Numbered from the stretch's first letter, positions 1-7,588 are shown. The stretch: 35,574 nt of DNA from a virus (IMGVR_UViG_3300032212_000092:1-35574); one strand, 5' to 3'. Notes: generated by a model from the sequence alone, not told the origin. Numbers and translations are program-made.

Positions 1-107
1 CAGACGAAGCAGCAGCTAAAATTAAATGCTCACGTCAAGCTTTATATAATTGGGAAAAAGAAGGGTTTATTGGGGAAAAGACGACTAAGGGATTAAATAT
101 TGCGAAC
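1..107. repeat. Terminal direct repeat (copy 1), identical to 35468-35574; indicates a circular assembly of a complete ~35,467 bp genome
   Basis: The first 107 nt match the last 107 nt exactly, and an ORF reads continuously across the junction. Confidence 0.95.
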
Positions 108-146
108 TGGCATACAAACCTAAAGAAGCTGGGGCTTAGTCCTACA

Positions 147-437
147 CTAGAAGCCATCTAGCAGCTTGTTTGTCTCTTCTAGCAAATATGCCTCTGTACC
201 ATAACGCGCCTCAAATCGGCTCTTAAAGGGGTGGCGTGAGGTGTATGCGGTACAATCTGAACCTTCTCGATGATGATAGTAACACAGGCCAATCGTTTCT
301 TGATTGCCGTTTCCTGTTCTACCGTATGGATGATGAATTTCTGGTGGGGAGTTAACCCCCTTCTCAAGCAAGCAAACAATACAGCCTAACTGAGAAAGTT
401 GGTCATACCGTTTTTTGTCTTCCTTATTCACTAACAA
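147..437 (-). CDS. ref: Ref-family recombination enhancement nuclease (HNH-like Zn-binding)
   Basis: Motif pattern LGCIVC...PPEIHH...TIGLCYYHHR...FEARYGTEAYLL. Confidence 0.75.
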   Translation of the reverse strand: MLVNKEDKKRYDQLSQLGCIVCLLEKGVNSPPEIHHPYGRTGNGNQETIGLCYYHHREGSDCTAYTSRHPFKSRFEARYGTEAYLLEETNKLLDGF

Positions 438-640
438 ACCTGCCTAGCAGCATCCGAAGTATCGACAACCGCCTTATCATCAGCAATAAATATCTCAGCC
501 ATACTAACAATCTGGTCTATTTCGTGATGCTTTATTTCTTCGCTTTCGTATTCGTTATATTTACAGTGATTTGCATGTTTAACGATTCTTTCTGCCATAA
601 GTTTAGCCAGCTTTAGCATTTCATCTTTTGTATGGTTCAT
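431..640 (-). CDS. Hypothetical phage protein
   Basis: ATG at 640 with GGAGG SD, overlapping the stop of the upstream gene. Confidence 0.6.
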   Translation of the reverse strand: MNHTKDEMLKLAKLMAERIVKHANHCKYNEYESEEIKHHEIDQIVSMAEIFIADDKAVVDTSDAARQVC

Positions 641-921
641 ACTACCTCCCACTCTCTAATTACCCGCGCATGATTAGACGGTATTTTTGATTGAATAAAA
701 CCCAAAGGCTGAAACTCTTTACCTCTAAAAATCGAACCCCAGCAATTAGGGTGTTTAGGCTTCAAATTAAGTCTATCCGCTACTGCTCTCAGGTCATCGG
801 TAGAAACGGATCCGTTTTGCTTTGCAATAAGTCGCGCATTAAACCGCATAGCATCAACAAACTCTTGGTTGTTTACTTCGACTCTTATCTGTCCTTGTTC
901 TTTTAGTTGTTTTCCGTTCAT
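637..921 (-). CDS. Conserved hypothetical phage protein (possibly DNA-binding)
   Basis: 94 aa, coupled to neighbours; PKHPNCWGSIF...SNHARVIREW pattern resembles small environmental-phage proteins. Confidence 0.65.
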   Translation of the reverse strand: MNGKQLKEQGQIRVEVNNQEFVDAMRFNARLIAKQNGSVSTDDLRAVADRLNLKPKHPNCWGSIFRGKEFQPLGFIQSKIPSNHARVIREWEVV

Positions 922-1784
922 TTTAAAGCCTCCACTAAAACCATATTATAATTGTTAATTTTATTTTTCAGATTTAAGTTTTCTTTTTTTATCAGTTTAT
1001 TATCTTTAAATTTTTTGTAATTTACGTGGTGATGCCACCTATTAAACCTCCACACAACCTTTGCAACGTCAGGATGTAGGTTTTCTATCATTTGAGATTT
1101 TGGTTTAGTTCCTTCTTTGTCGTAAAACTCCTTAGAATTACCCCCTTTCATTCTTTGCGTTGTTACTTTACCGCATAAAAAAGCATTAAACTGTATTGTA
1201 CAAAGGCCGTCCTTTAAAACCCGCAAAGACAGGTCTGTGTCTTCGTTATATCGACCCCTCCACCTATACTTGTGGGTATTAGAGATTAATAAGCAAGAAT
1301 AAATACGTGTATTAGTTATAAATGGCGGTACTGCATCGGTTTTCTTGCAAAAAGAATAATAGTTAAAACCTGCAACTGGCACGTTTTCATATCTGTCTAC
1401 AAAATCCTCTGCCGCGCATATTGTAGAATTACACTCGACTTCATATTTTTCGTTTTTATTTAAGTAATGAAAAGCGTCTAGGTTATCATCCATCACCCAA
1501 TGCCTAGAAAAACCTTGTAGTGTTGAATGATCTTTGCAAAAGTTACGTGCCGCGCCCGGACCTTTGCTTTTACTATTACCAATATCGTCGCAAGTATCGT
1601 AATTATCTAAATAATGATCCGGTAAAATTAAAATTGCCGCTTTTGTATTATTTAGATAGTTTTCATATTCGTGAGATTCAACAACAATATAGTGATCAAT
1701 CCCCATTAAATTAAGAGCTTTAGTGGTTAAGCCGTTTAGCCATCGGCCTTTTGACACTATATAAACTGGGTATCTATTTTTCAT
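918..1784 (-). CDS. GREB1-like / TET-associated (TAGT) glycosyltransferase, putative DNA-modifying
   Basis: YPVYIVSKGR, GPGAARNF, HWVMDDN (metal-binding DD), NTRIYSCLLI, WRGRYNEDTDLSLRVLK, QRMKGGN motifs. Confidence 0.75.
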   Translation of the reverse strand: MKNRYPVYIVSKGRWLNGLTTKALNLMGIDHYIVVESHEYENYLNNTKAAILILPDHYLDNYDTCDDIGNSKSKGPGAARNFCKDHSTLQGFSRHWVMDDNLDAFHYLNKNEKYEVECNSTICAAEDFVDRYENVPVAGFNYYSFCKKTDAVPPFITNTRIYSCLLISNTHKYRWRGRYNEDTDLSLRVLKDGLCTIQFNAFLCGKVTTQRMKGGNSKEFYDKEGTKPKSQMIENLHPDVAKVVWRFNRWHHHVNYKKFKDNKLIKKENLNLKNKINNYNMVLVEALK

Positions 1785-1989
1785 GTTTATAAACCTTTTT
1801 ATCTAGACCCCAATGAGACTTATAAGGATGCCATATACTTTTAGTTTTATGTGTTAGTTTTTGATTGATAATTTCAGCAAATTCCTTGTAATCCTTCTCG
1901 TTCTCAAATCTGATAATTAATTTTTTATACGGTTCTTTTTTTTCTTGTTTGAACTCAGGCATGTCAACCCACTCAGACTCAACATCCAT
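1774..1989 (-). CDS. Small partner protein of the glycosyltransferase
   Basis: EWVDMPEF...LIIRFENEKDYKEFAEIINQKLTHKTKSIWHP; overlaps the GT start; GGAG SD. Confidence 0.65.
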   Translation of the reverse strand: MDVESEWVDMPEFKQEKKEPYKKLIIRFENEKDYKEFAEIINQKLTHKTKSIWHPYKSHWGLDKKVYKHEK

Positions 1990-2083
1990 AACTAAAACTC
2001 CTTATGTGGAACAGTCATAAAATCAATAAACCGCTTAACCCATGTTTTACGGGTCATGTTTTTAAGGTCTTTGTTAAATATCT

Positions 2084-2272
2084 TCATAAAAAATCCCCCT
2101 CTCTTTGATCCCATGCCGGACTATCCTCCTCACGACATTCTTCTTTATATTCTAGGTTTTCAATCCGCGCCTCTTCACGGCGGTCACGTTCCAATTCTTC
2201 GCTATCACGGTTTTCTACCTTATCAATAACCGCATCCACTATGTTCATTGAGTCAATAATTCGCTTATTCAT
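2084..2272 (-). CDS. Acidic hypothetical protein
   Basis: 62 aa ORF in the leftward operon, GAGG SD. Confidence 0.55.
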   Translation of the reverse strand: MNKRIIDSMNIVDAVIDKVENRDSEELERDRREEARIENLEYKEECREEDSPAWDQREGDFL

Positions 2273-2273
2273 T

Positions 2274-2504
2274 TTATAACCTCTTTTTTATAAATTGCTG
2301 TACGTTTCCGTGATAGGTTTTATTGTTCCATCGCCACTTATTTTTACTAGGCCAATAATCGAGCCTTTTTTCTTGTAACGTCATACTGTAATGATAGTAA
2401 GTGTGTTTTGTGAATCCGCTTAAATCAGCCTTATCTAAATTATTTTCTCGCCTTTCTTTATCGGCTTGCTTCATCGCATTAAACACTTCACCCATGTCGC
2501 CCAT
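2274..2504 (-). CDS. Conserved hypothetical phage protein
   Basis: First gene of the leftward operon, GGGGGA SD; MGDMGE...LDYWPSKNKW. Confidence 0.65.
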   Translation of the reverse strand: MGDMGEVFNAMKQADKERRENNLDKADLSGFTKHTYYHYSMTLQEKRLDYWPSKNKWRWNNKTYHGNVQQFIKKRL

Positions 2505-2524
2505 ATCTATTCCCCCATTCGTTC

Positions 2525-2563
2525 TGTAAAGTATAATCTAATGAATTTAGAATGTAAAGCATA
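2525..2563 (-). promoter_or_regulatory. Leftward sigma70-like promoter overlapped by two TGTAAAGYATA motifs
   Basis: Minus strand TTTACA-17 bp-TATACT; motif copies at 2525 and 2553. Confidence 0.65.
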
Positions 2564-2568
2564 AGTGC

Positions 2569-2600
2569 AAAAAAAACCCAATTGTTTAAACTGGGTTTTG
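2569..2600 (-). terminator. Rho-independent terminator
   Basis: Minus strand AAAACCCA...TGGGTTTT stem running into T8. Confidence 0.65.
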
Positions 2601-2625
2601 ATTATAAGTTTTATCTCTATATTAG

Positions 2626-2634
2626 TTAGTCCAT
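2626..2634 (-). other. Met-Asp-stop minigene with SD
   Basis: Minus strand GAGGG-9 nt-ATG GAC TAA between a TTGTAA-17-TATAGT promoter (~2704-2732) and the 2569-2600 terminator. Confidence 0.35.
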
Positions 2635-2746
2635 GATTAATAGCCCTCTTTTGCGGTTAAAATTTATATATTATATTTAGCTTTATATATCTAACAATAA
2701 AAACTATAGACTATAAATATATACTTTACAAGTATTATTTTCAGGT

Positions 2747-2900
2747 AAAAAAAGACCCCAATTAAGAGGTCGAAGGTGGGGGAGTGAATTCGTAGGCCCT
2801 CTTTCAAGCCTGAGGGCGGAGGCCACTACCTACTTGCATCGTTTGGAGAATTTGAGTAGGATAGCTGTATCTAGTTCTACTTTAGAGGGTGGTACTAGAT
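2747..2900 (-). ncRNA. Candidate small RNA (~150 nt) with C/U-rich anti-SD loops
   Basis: TTGACA (2937-2932) and extended -10 TGnTATACT (2915-2907) upstream; three hairpins; terminator GACCTC-TTAATT-GGGGTC-T7 at 2771-2747; no ORF. Confidence 0.6.
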
Positions 2901-3120
2901 GGGAAGAGTATACCACATATAATTCCTATCATGTCAATACTTTTTACACCCTCAATATTTTTTACTAGGTCGGTACGGGTATACCAATGGTTCCGATAAT
3001 ACGCAGCGCACCAGAAACAAACAGTTTATGCCGCCACACCCTTTGGGCATAGGTTGACTACACTAGAGTGTTACTAAGTGTAAAAAGGTAGAGGTTAAAT
3101 GGGTGGAATGCGAGGTTATT

Positions 3121-3324
3121 ATGGATATTGAAAGAATATTAGAATTAGGAAAACAGCAAACAACCGATAAGGAGGTGCTCTACATGATTATATCAAACAG
3201 AATTACGCACTATCTTGGTGACAAAGATGGAGCTGCAATCAGCGGTAAAAACTTTGATTTGCTGGCTGATGATATTTTGAAATGGCATGAATCTCAGATG
3301 CAGACACAGACCAAGGCCGGATAA
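3121..3324 (+). CDS. Hypothetical protein
   Basis: ATG 3121 with GAGG SD; ORF track 3103-3324. Confidence 0.55.
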   Translation: MDIERILELGKQQTTDKEVLYMIISNRITHYLGDKDGAAISGKNFDLLADDILKWHESQMQTQTKAG

Positions 3325-3530
3325 GTTAACACCGTTTTGCGGGTATTAGTATAAGTGCTATGTATCGTGCGTACTTTAGGATGATAACCTAACAACTTAG
3401 TGATGAATTAAGTTGGGAGTACTCACTACAGATAGTATTTATATGGGTACGGGTAACAGGAACCTAAAGGCTTCCACCCTTGGGGAGACTATATCTAAAA
3501 TAAATAGAATAATAAAAAACAAAATAAAAC

Positions 3531-3563
3531 TTGTATTATGTAAAGCTATAACGTAAAGTATAA
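3531..3563 (+). promoter_or_regulatory. Early promoter with tandem GTAAAG operator
   Basis: TTGTAT-17-TAAAGT; GTAAAG at 3540 and 3553. Confidence 0.65.
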
Positions 3564-3592
3564 GGAACTAACCAACGATAGGAATATTAAAG

Positions 3593-3889
3593 ATGAAAAA
3601 GATAATTATTATAGGTTTTGCGGCGCTGCTTACAGGGTGTGGGTACGCGAATATTGATGCTTTAAAAAAAGATGCCCCGAAGAAATGGAAAAAGCAAGGG
3701 TTTGAGGTTGTTGATTATGAGGGTTTTGAATGGGGTTTATGGCTTGGTGGTGATTACGGAGGCGCAAAAGTTTGGCATAGGCTTAAAAAAATTCCAGATA
3801 ACGGGATCACTTATTCGGGATATTTGACCAAGTGGGGCGATGAAACGCATGTTTATGGTCCTATAGCTACTGATGCGATCAAGCCTTAG
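3593..3889 (+). CDS. Putative lipoprotein
   Basis: MKK + hydrophobic stretch + LTGC lipobox. Confidence 0.7.
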   Translation: MKKIIIIGFAALLTGCGYANIDALKKDAPKKWKKQGFEVVDYEGFEWGLWLGGDYGGAKVWHRLKKIPDNGITYSGYLTKWGDETHVYGPIATDAIKP

Positions 3890-3905
3890 ACGGAATAGGT
3901 GAGAT

Positions 3906-4274
3906 ATGAATTATACAGAAGACTTTGAACAACTATGGAAAATATATCCTAAAAGGGCTGGCGGGAACCCTAAACCAAAAGCATTTAAAGCCTTTACTGC
4001 AAGACTAAAAGAAAAGGTGCTTTATAGCGACTTACAAGCTGGCTTACTGAGATATTATAACTTTTGCAAGCAAACAGGCATATTAAACACACCTTATGTT
4101 ATGCAATCTTCCACGTTCTTCTCAGCTAACAGTGAGGCATGGTGCGAAGATTGGGAAGTACCTAAGCCAGAAGTAAAGGAAACATTAGTAGAAAAAGGCA
4201 AGCGGCTGAATATTATGGCTAAGGTCGGGGAAAGCATGAGCCAATACGAGAAACGAATAGCGCAAGCAAGATAA
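3906..4274 (+). CDS. Phage replication initiator/organiser-like protein (C-terminal-type domain only)
   Basis: FEQLWKIYPKRAGGNPKPKAFKAF...YVMQSSTFF, typical of lambdoid replication-protein C-terminal domains. Confidence 0.65.
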   Translation: MNYTEDFEQLWKIYPKRAGGNPKPKAFKAFTARLKEKVLYSDLQAGLLRYYNFCKQTGILNTPYVMQSSTFFSANSEAWCEDWEVPKPEVKETLVEKGKRLNIMAKVGESMSQYEKRIAQAR

Positions 4275-4296
4275 AAATATATTAAAGAGGTGAGGT

Positions 4297-4473
4297 ATGA
4301 AAAGCAGAAAACTATTAAATCCTGACGGGACAACACGGTCTATTGTTGTAGAAAAAGATAGTGGGGCGTTTAATGCTTTTACACCAAGGGAGGCGGCTGA
4401 AATAATAAACGAGCTTAAAGCTCAGTTATGGAATGGCATGCCGCTAGACAATCAGTTCTACAAGGCAAGGTAA
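4297..4473 (+). CDS. Hypothetical 58-aa protein (MKSRKLLNPDG...)
   Basis: Manually read ORF with strong GAGGTGAGG SD; same TAAAGAGGTGAGGYATGAA junction precedes the next gene. Confidence 0.55.
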   Translation: MKSRKLLNPDGTTRSIVVEKDSGAFNAFTPREAAEIINELKAQLWNGMPLDNQFYKAR

Positions 4474-4484
4474 AGAGGTGAGGC

Positions 4485-4685
4485 ATGAAGAAGTTAAAAT
4501 TAGGTAATTCAAGATGCCAGTATATCGGTTGTGATGAATATTTTAACTCTGTAGCGGCGTTTGATAAGCATAGAATCGAGGGTATTTGCGAGACTAGGCG
4601 ATGTATGACTAAAAAAGAGCTATTAAAGGCCGGACTCAGCGTAAATGCGGCGGGTTTCTGGGTAACCAGTACGTTTCGCCTTTGA
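4485..4685 (+). CDS. FDXHR-type phage zinc-binding protein
   Basis: CQYIGC...FNSVAAFDKHR...RRC motif. Confidence 0.65.
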   Translation: MKKLKLGNSRCQYIGCDEYFNSVAAFDKHRIEGICETRRCMTKKELLKAGLSVNAAGFWVTSTFRL

Positions 4686-4740
4686 AGACAAAACCGCTTA
4701 AATCGCCTGTATGAAAGTTTAGAAATAATTAAAGAAATAG

Positions 4741-4773
4741 TTGCATATCGTAAAGTTATGGTGTAAAGTATAT
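4741..4773 (+). promoter_or_regulatory. Early promoter with tandem GTAAAG operator
   Basis: TTGCAT-17-TAAAGT; GTAAAG at 4750 and 4763. Confidence 0.65.
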
Positions 4774-4791
4774 AAAACTTAGGAGAAAAAT

Positions 4792-5102
4792 ATGAAGCCA
4801 GAAACATTAAAAATAGACGAAGTTGAATATGTCCGTAAAGACGCGGCAAACGTAGTGCCAACTACTAAACAAATTGTTGTATTACAGCGCGGGTGGGTTG
4901 TTGTTGGTGACGTAAGCAAAACTAGCGAGGAGGTAACAATTAAAAGTTGCTCGATTATTCGTATTTGGGGTACGTGGAAAGGGTTGGGAGAGATTGCAGA
5001 AAACGGGAAAACAAGTAAAACTGTTTTAGACTCTTGTCCAGATGTTATCGTACACCCTTTGTCTGTAGTGCTTTATATGAATGTAAATATGAGTAATTGG
5101 TA

Positions 5103-5103
<1 letters not shown>
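4792..5103 (+). CDS. DUF6948-like beta-rich phage protein
   Basis: VVLQRGWVVVG...IIRIWG...GLGEIAENG pattern; AGGAG SD; stop overlaps the next start (TAATG). Confidence 0.6.
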
Positions 5104-5423
<320 letters not shown>

Positions 5424-5425
5424 TA

Positions 5426-5577
5426 TGGACTGCATTAAAACAGCCTTAATTCTATCAGTCGGCTTTATTATCGGCGGTCAAGTTATGTTATTACAACCTA
5501 AACCGGAACCGATTAAGATTTGCTTTAAATACACTACTGAGCGTTTAACGATGAAACATAGGGTTAAGTGTCCATAA
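5426..5577 (+). CDS. Small protein with hydrophobic N-terminus (MDCIKTALILSVG...)
   Basis: Manually read ~50-aa ORF whose stop lies at the first attC-like site. Confidence 0.45.
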
Positions 5578-5707
5578 CATAACGCTAACTATTGAGGGGC
5601 GCACGATGAGCGAAGATTATATTTTATTCCCAGAGGATAAATTAAAAATGGATAAAGCTAGATGGAAACGCAGCTCAAGTGCGTCCAGCTCGAATGACTT
5701 GTTATGC
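5577..5707 (+). mobile_element. attC-like imperfect palindrome with the start of the next gene inside its loop
   Basis: ACATAAC...TTGAG-GGGCGCAC [loop] GTGCGTCC-AG-CTCGA...GTTATGC. Confidence 0.5.
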
Positions 5708-5917
5708 ATAAAACCAAACGTGGAAGACGTTGCTAAGTATCTTACTGATTACTGGGGAACTTATATAGAAATGCAGGTAGGAGTGAGAGACTACACAGCA
5801 AAAACAATTATTGAAGATGCTCTTTATGGATTAGGTGCTGCATTGAATGATGATTATAGATTTGCACAGGGGTTTGATAAGTTTAAAAAAGACCTCTTAG
5901 CTTATTTAGATGCATAA
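5606..5917 (+). CDS. Hypothetical protein in a cassette-like segment
   Basis: Reads through the right arm of the palindrome (SASSSNDLLC); stop codon inside GCATAAC. Confidence 0.65.
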   Translation: MSEDYILFPEDKLKMDKARWKRSSSASSSNDLLCIKPNVEDVAKYLTDYWGTYIEMQVGVRDYTAKTIIEDALYGLGAALNDDYRFAQGFDKFKKDLLAYLDA

Positions 5918-5963
5918 CAGCCAAGATAACCAGCCGCAGGTCTGTGTTATCGATCTGTTATAT
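5912..5963 (+). mobile_element. Short attC-like palindrome
   Basis: GCATAAC-AGCCAA-GATAAC-CAG...CTG-T-GTTATC-GATCT-GTTATAT. Confidence 0.5.
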
Positions 5964-6001
5964 AAATATAGGTAAGTCGTAAACGATTAATGAGGTGAGA
6001 T

Positions 6002-6178
6002 ATGAAAAAGAAAATAAGCGCTTTCGAGTACGCAATGAATAACGCCATTAATAGGTCTGACTTAAATGAAAACTGCGAGCCAAGAACAAAGCAGGAAGAA
6101 GCGGCCATCATAGAAGAAGAACTGGTCGATCAACTTAGCAGAATGAGAAACGCGACAACTGGCGAACCAATTATTTAA
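6002..6178 (+). CDS. Hypothetical 58-aa protein
   Basis: Manually read ORF, GAGGTGA SD. Confidence 0.55.
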   Translation: MKKKISAFEYAMNNAINRSDLNENCEPRTKQEEAAIIEEELVDQLSRMRNATTGEPII

Positions 6179-6204
6179 CCACTAACAGCACAGAGGGTGT
6201 GTAA

Positions 6205-6393
6205 ATGAATAAAGAAATGCAAATTAAGAAAGATGAAACTGAACAGTTTTTTAAAGATGCTTTCTGTGCGGAAAAAGCCGAGTTCCAATTTGGTAAAAGT
6301 CTGTCTGATTTTAGAGAGGCAGGGATTGTTAAAATAGTTACGGGCGACAAAAGAGAAGATTTTTATGTTGCGGTATTAAAGATTAACCAATAA
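6205..6393 (+). CDS. Hypothetical protein
   Basis: ORF track, GAGGGTG SD. Confidence 0.55.
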   Translation: MNKEMQIKKDETEQFFKDAFCAEKAEFQFGKSLSDFREAGIVKIVTGDKREDFYVAVLKINQ

Positions 6394-6431
6394 CTAAACC
6401 AATAACTCAACAGATATAGAGGGTGGTAGGA

Positions 6432-6632
6432 ATGATACAGCTAGAACTAGACGGCACTTTAAAGAAACTTGTTTGTGATGATGGATTCAAAAGACTGTGC
6501 TTTATCTCAACGGACGGCGAGGGCTTTGACGTTGAAACTATCGAAGAACTTTTGCAGGGCGCAGGAGTTATTAGTCTTAGTAAAATGGACGGCAAGAATG
6601 TTGAGATAGCTATAAATATTAGTGATGTTTAA
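6432..6632 (+). CDS. Hypothetical protein
   Basis: ATG 6432 after GAGGGTGGTAGG. Confidence 0.55.
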   Translation: MIQLELDGTLKKLVCDDGFKRLCFISTDGEGFDVETIEELLQGAGVISLSKMDGKNVEIAINISDV

Positions 6633-6683
6633 ATTAACCCAACACCCCCACTATAGCGGGTAAGTAAATAACAGGATAGAGAA

Positions 6684-6860
6684 ATGCTAACAGAAATAAG
6701 ATTAAACGATATAAGTGAGTTCGGGCAAAAAGAGTTGGTTTTTCGCTTTGGAGACAGGTATCAAGCCGTTGCCTTTAATCCTGCTGAAAAAAAGGAAGAT
6801 GTTATTCATCGTCTTCACGACTTGGCAGAAAACATAGCGCACGACATTTTAATTGAATAA
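6684..6860 (+). CDS. Hypothetical 58-aa protein
   Basis: Manually read ORF, AGGA SD. Confidence 0.5.
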   Translation: MLTEIRLNDISEFGQKELVFRFGDRYQAVAFNPAEKKEDVIHRLHDLAENIAHDILIE

Positions 6861-6876
6861 GAGTTAAACGATTTAT

Positions 6877-7008
6877 GGGTAGAAGCATGTAGTCATGCAG
6901 GCTAGAAAACGGGGATGCCGTCAAGCGTAGAGAGCAGAGATTAAGATCTCTGACGATACGATGCCCGTTGGAGACAAGCAAGGAAGTAACGCCCTTGCCT
7001 ACCCACCA
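6877..7008 (+). ncRNA. tRNA-like structured RNA ending in ACCA
   Basis: GGGTAG/CTACCC acceptor-like stem, GCATG/CATGC hairpin, long AACGGG/CCCGTT arm with CAGAGAT/ATCTCTG hairpin, GCAAGG/CCTTGC T-like arm, 3' A-CCA. Confidence 0.55.
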
Positions 7009-7023
7009 TACAGGAGAAAGGAA

Positions 7024-7212
7024 ATGACGGAAGCGAATACAAAAAACTTGGTTGAGCGCGTTGTTAGTTTGGGGGACCTGTATGCCGATAGCTGCGTATC
7101 ATGTGGAGCGAGGGCAGAATGGGGTATTGCAACAAAAAGCGGCGCAGAAGGTTGCGTGGAAGCAATTAAAACAGGTCAAACATACTGTAAAGCTGATTTA
7201 CCTAAAATCTAA
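7024..7212 (+). CDS. Small Cys-rich protein in a cassette-like segment
   Basis: AGGA SD; CVSC...C...C; reads through GGTTGAGCGCGTTGTTAGTT (attC right-arm-like); followed by AGCTAAC. Confidence 0.5.
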   Translation: MTEANTKNLVERVVSLGDLYADSCVSCGARAEWGIATKSGAEGCVEAIKTGQTYCKADLPKI

Positions 7213-7239
7213 AGCTAACAACAAAAGAATAAAGGTGAA

Positions 7240-7425
7240 GTGATGAGTTTTGAAGAAGCATGGGTTAGGTCTGGGTATGATGATCAATACGAAGAAATCG
7301 GCAAAGAATTATATAATCTTGCTATAGATGAAGCGGTTAAAGTTGCAAAAGAAACAATGTATAACACTAACCGCAACGACACGCCCGTTAAAATCAAAGA
7401 GTTAAAGAATAAAGGTGATGTATGA
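7240..7425 (+). CDS. Hypothetical protein
   Basis: ORF track, AAGGTG SD. Confidence 0.55.
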   Translation: MMSFEEAWVRSGYDDQYEEIGKELYNLAIDEAVKVAKETMYNTNRNDTPVKIKELKNKGDV

Positions 7426-7588
7426 GCAAGCACCGATGGTGGAGAAAAGATAGATATGGCTATCCAATAGAATATATCGTTAATAGCCCTGTTAAAAATA
7501 TAATTAGAGTTATCGACATGAATATAAAAAAGTTATTTGGCAAGGATTTTAAAAACAAGCCGCCAACCAACAAGCTAAAGGATAAAGC

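Noticed and set aside
1-107. Terminal repeat as a biological direct terminal repeat
   Set aside because: It falls mid-gene and its length fits an assembler k-mer overlap; it shows circularity, not virion ends.
2030-2082. GCTTAAC...GTTAAAT as another attC-like site
   Set aside because: No convincing inner stem; the region is explained by a ~31-aa minus-strand ORF (MKIFNKDLK...).
6877-7008. Canonical tRNA or tmRNA gene
   Set aside because: No TTC T-loop or 7-nt anticodon loop, and too short for tmRNA; kept only as a tRNA-like RNA.
6961-7023. N-terminal extension of ORF 6961-7212
   Set aside because: It overlaps the structured RNA; the SD supports ATG 7024.
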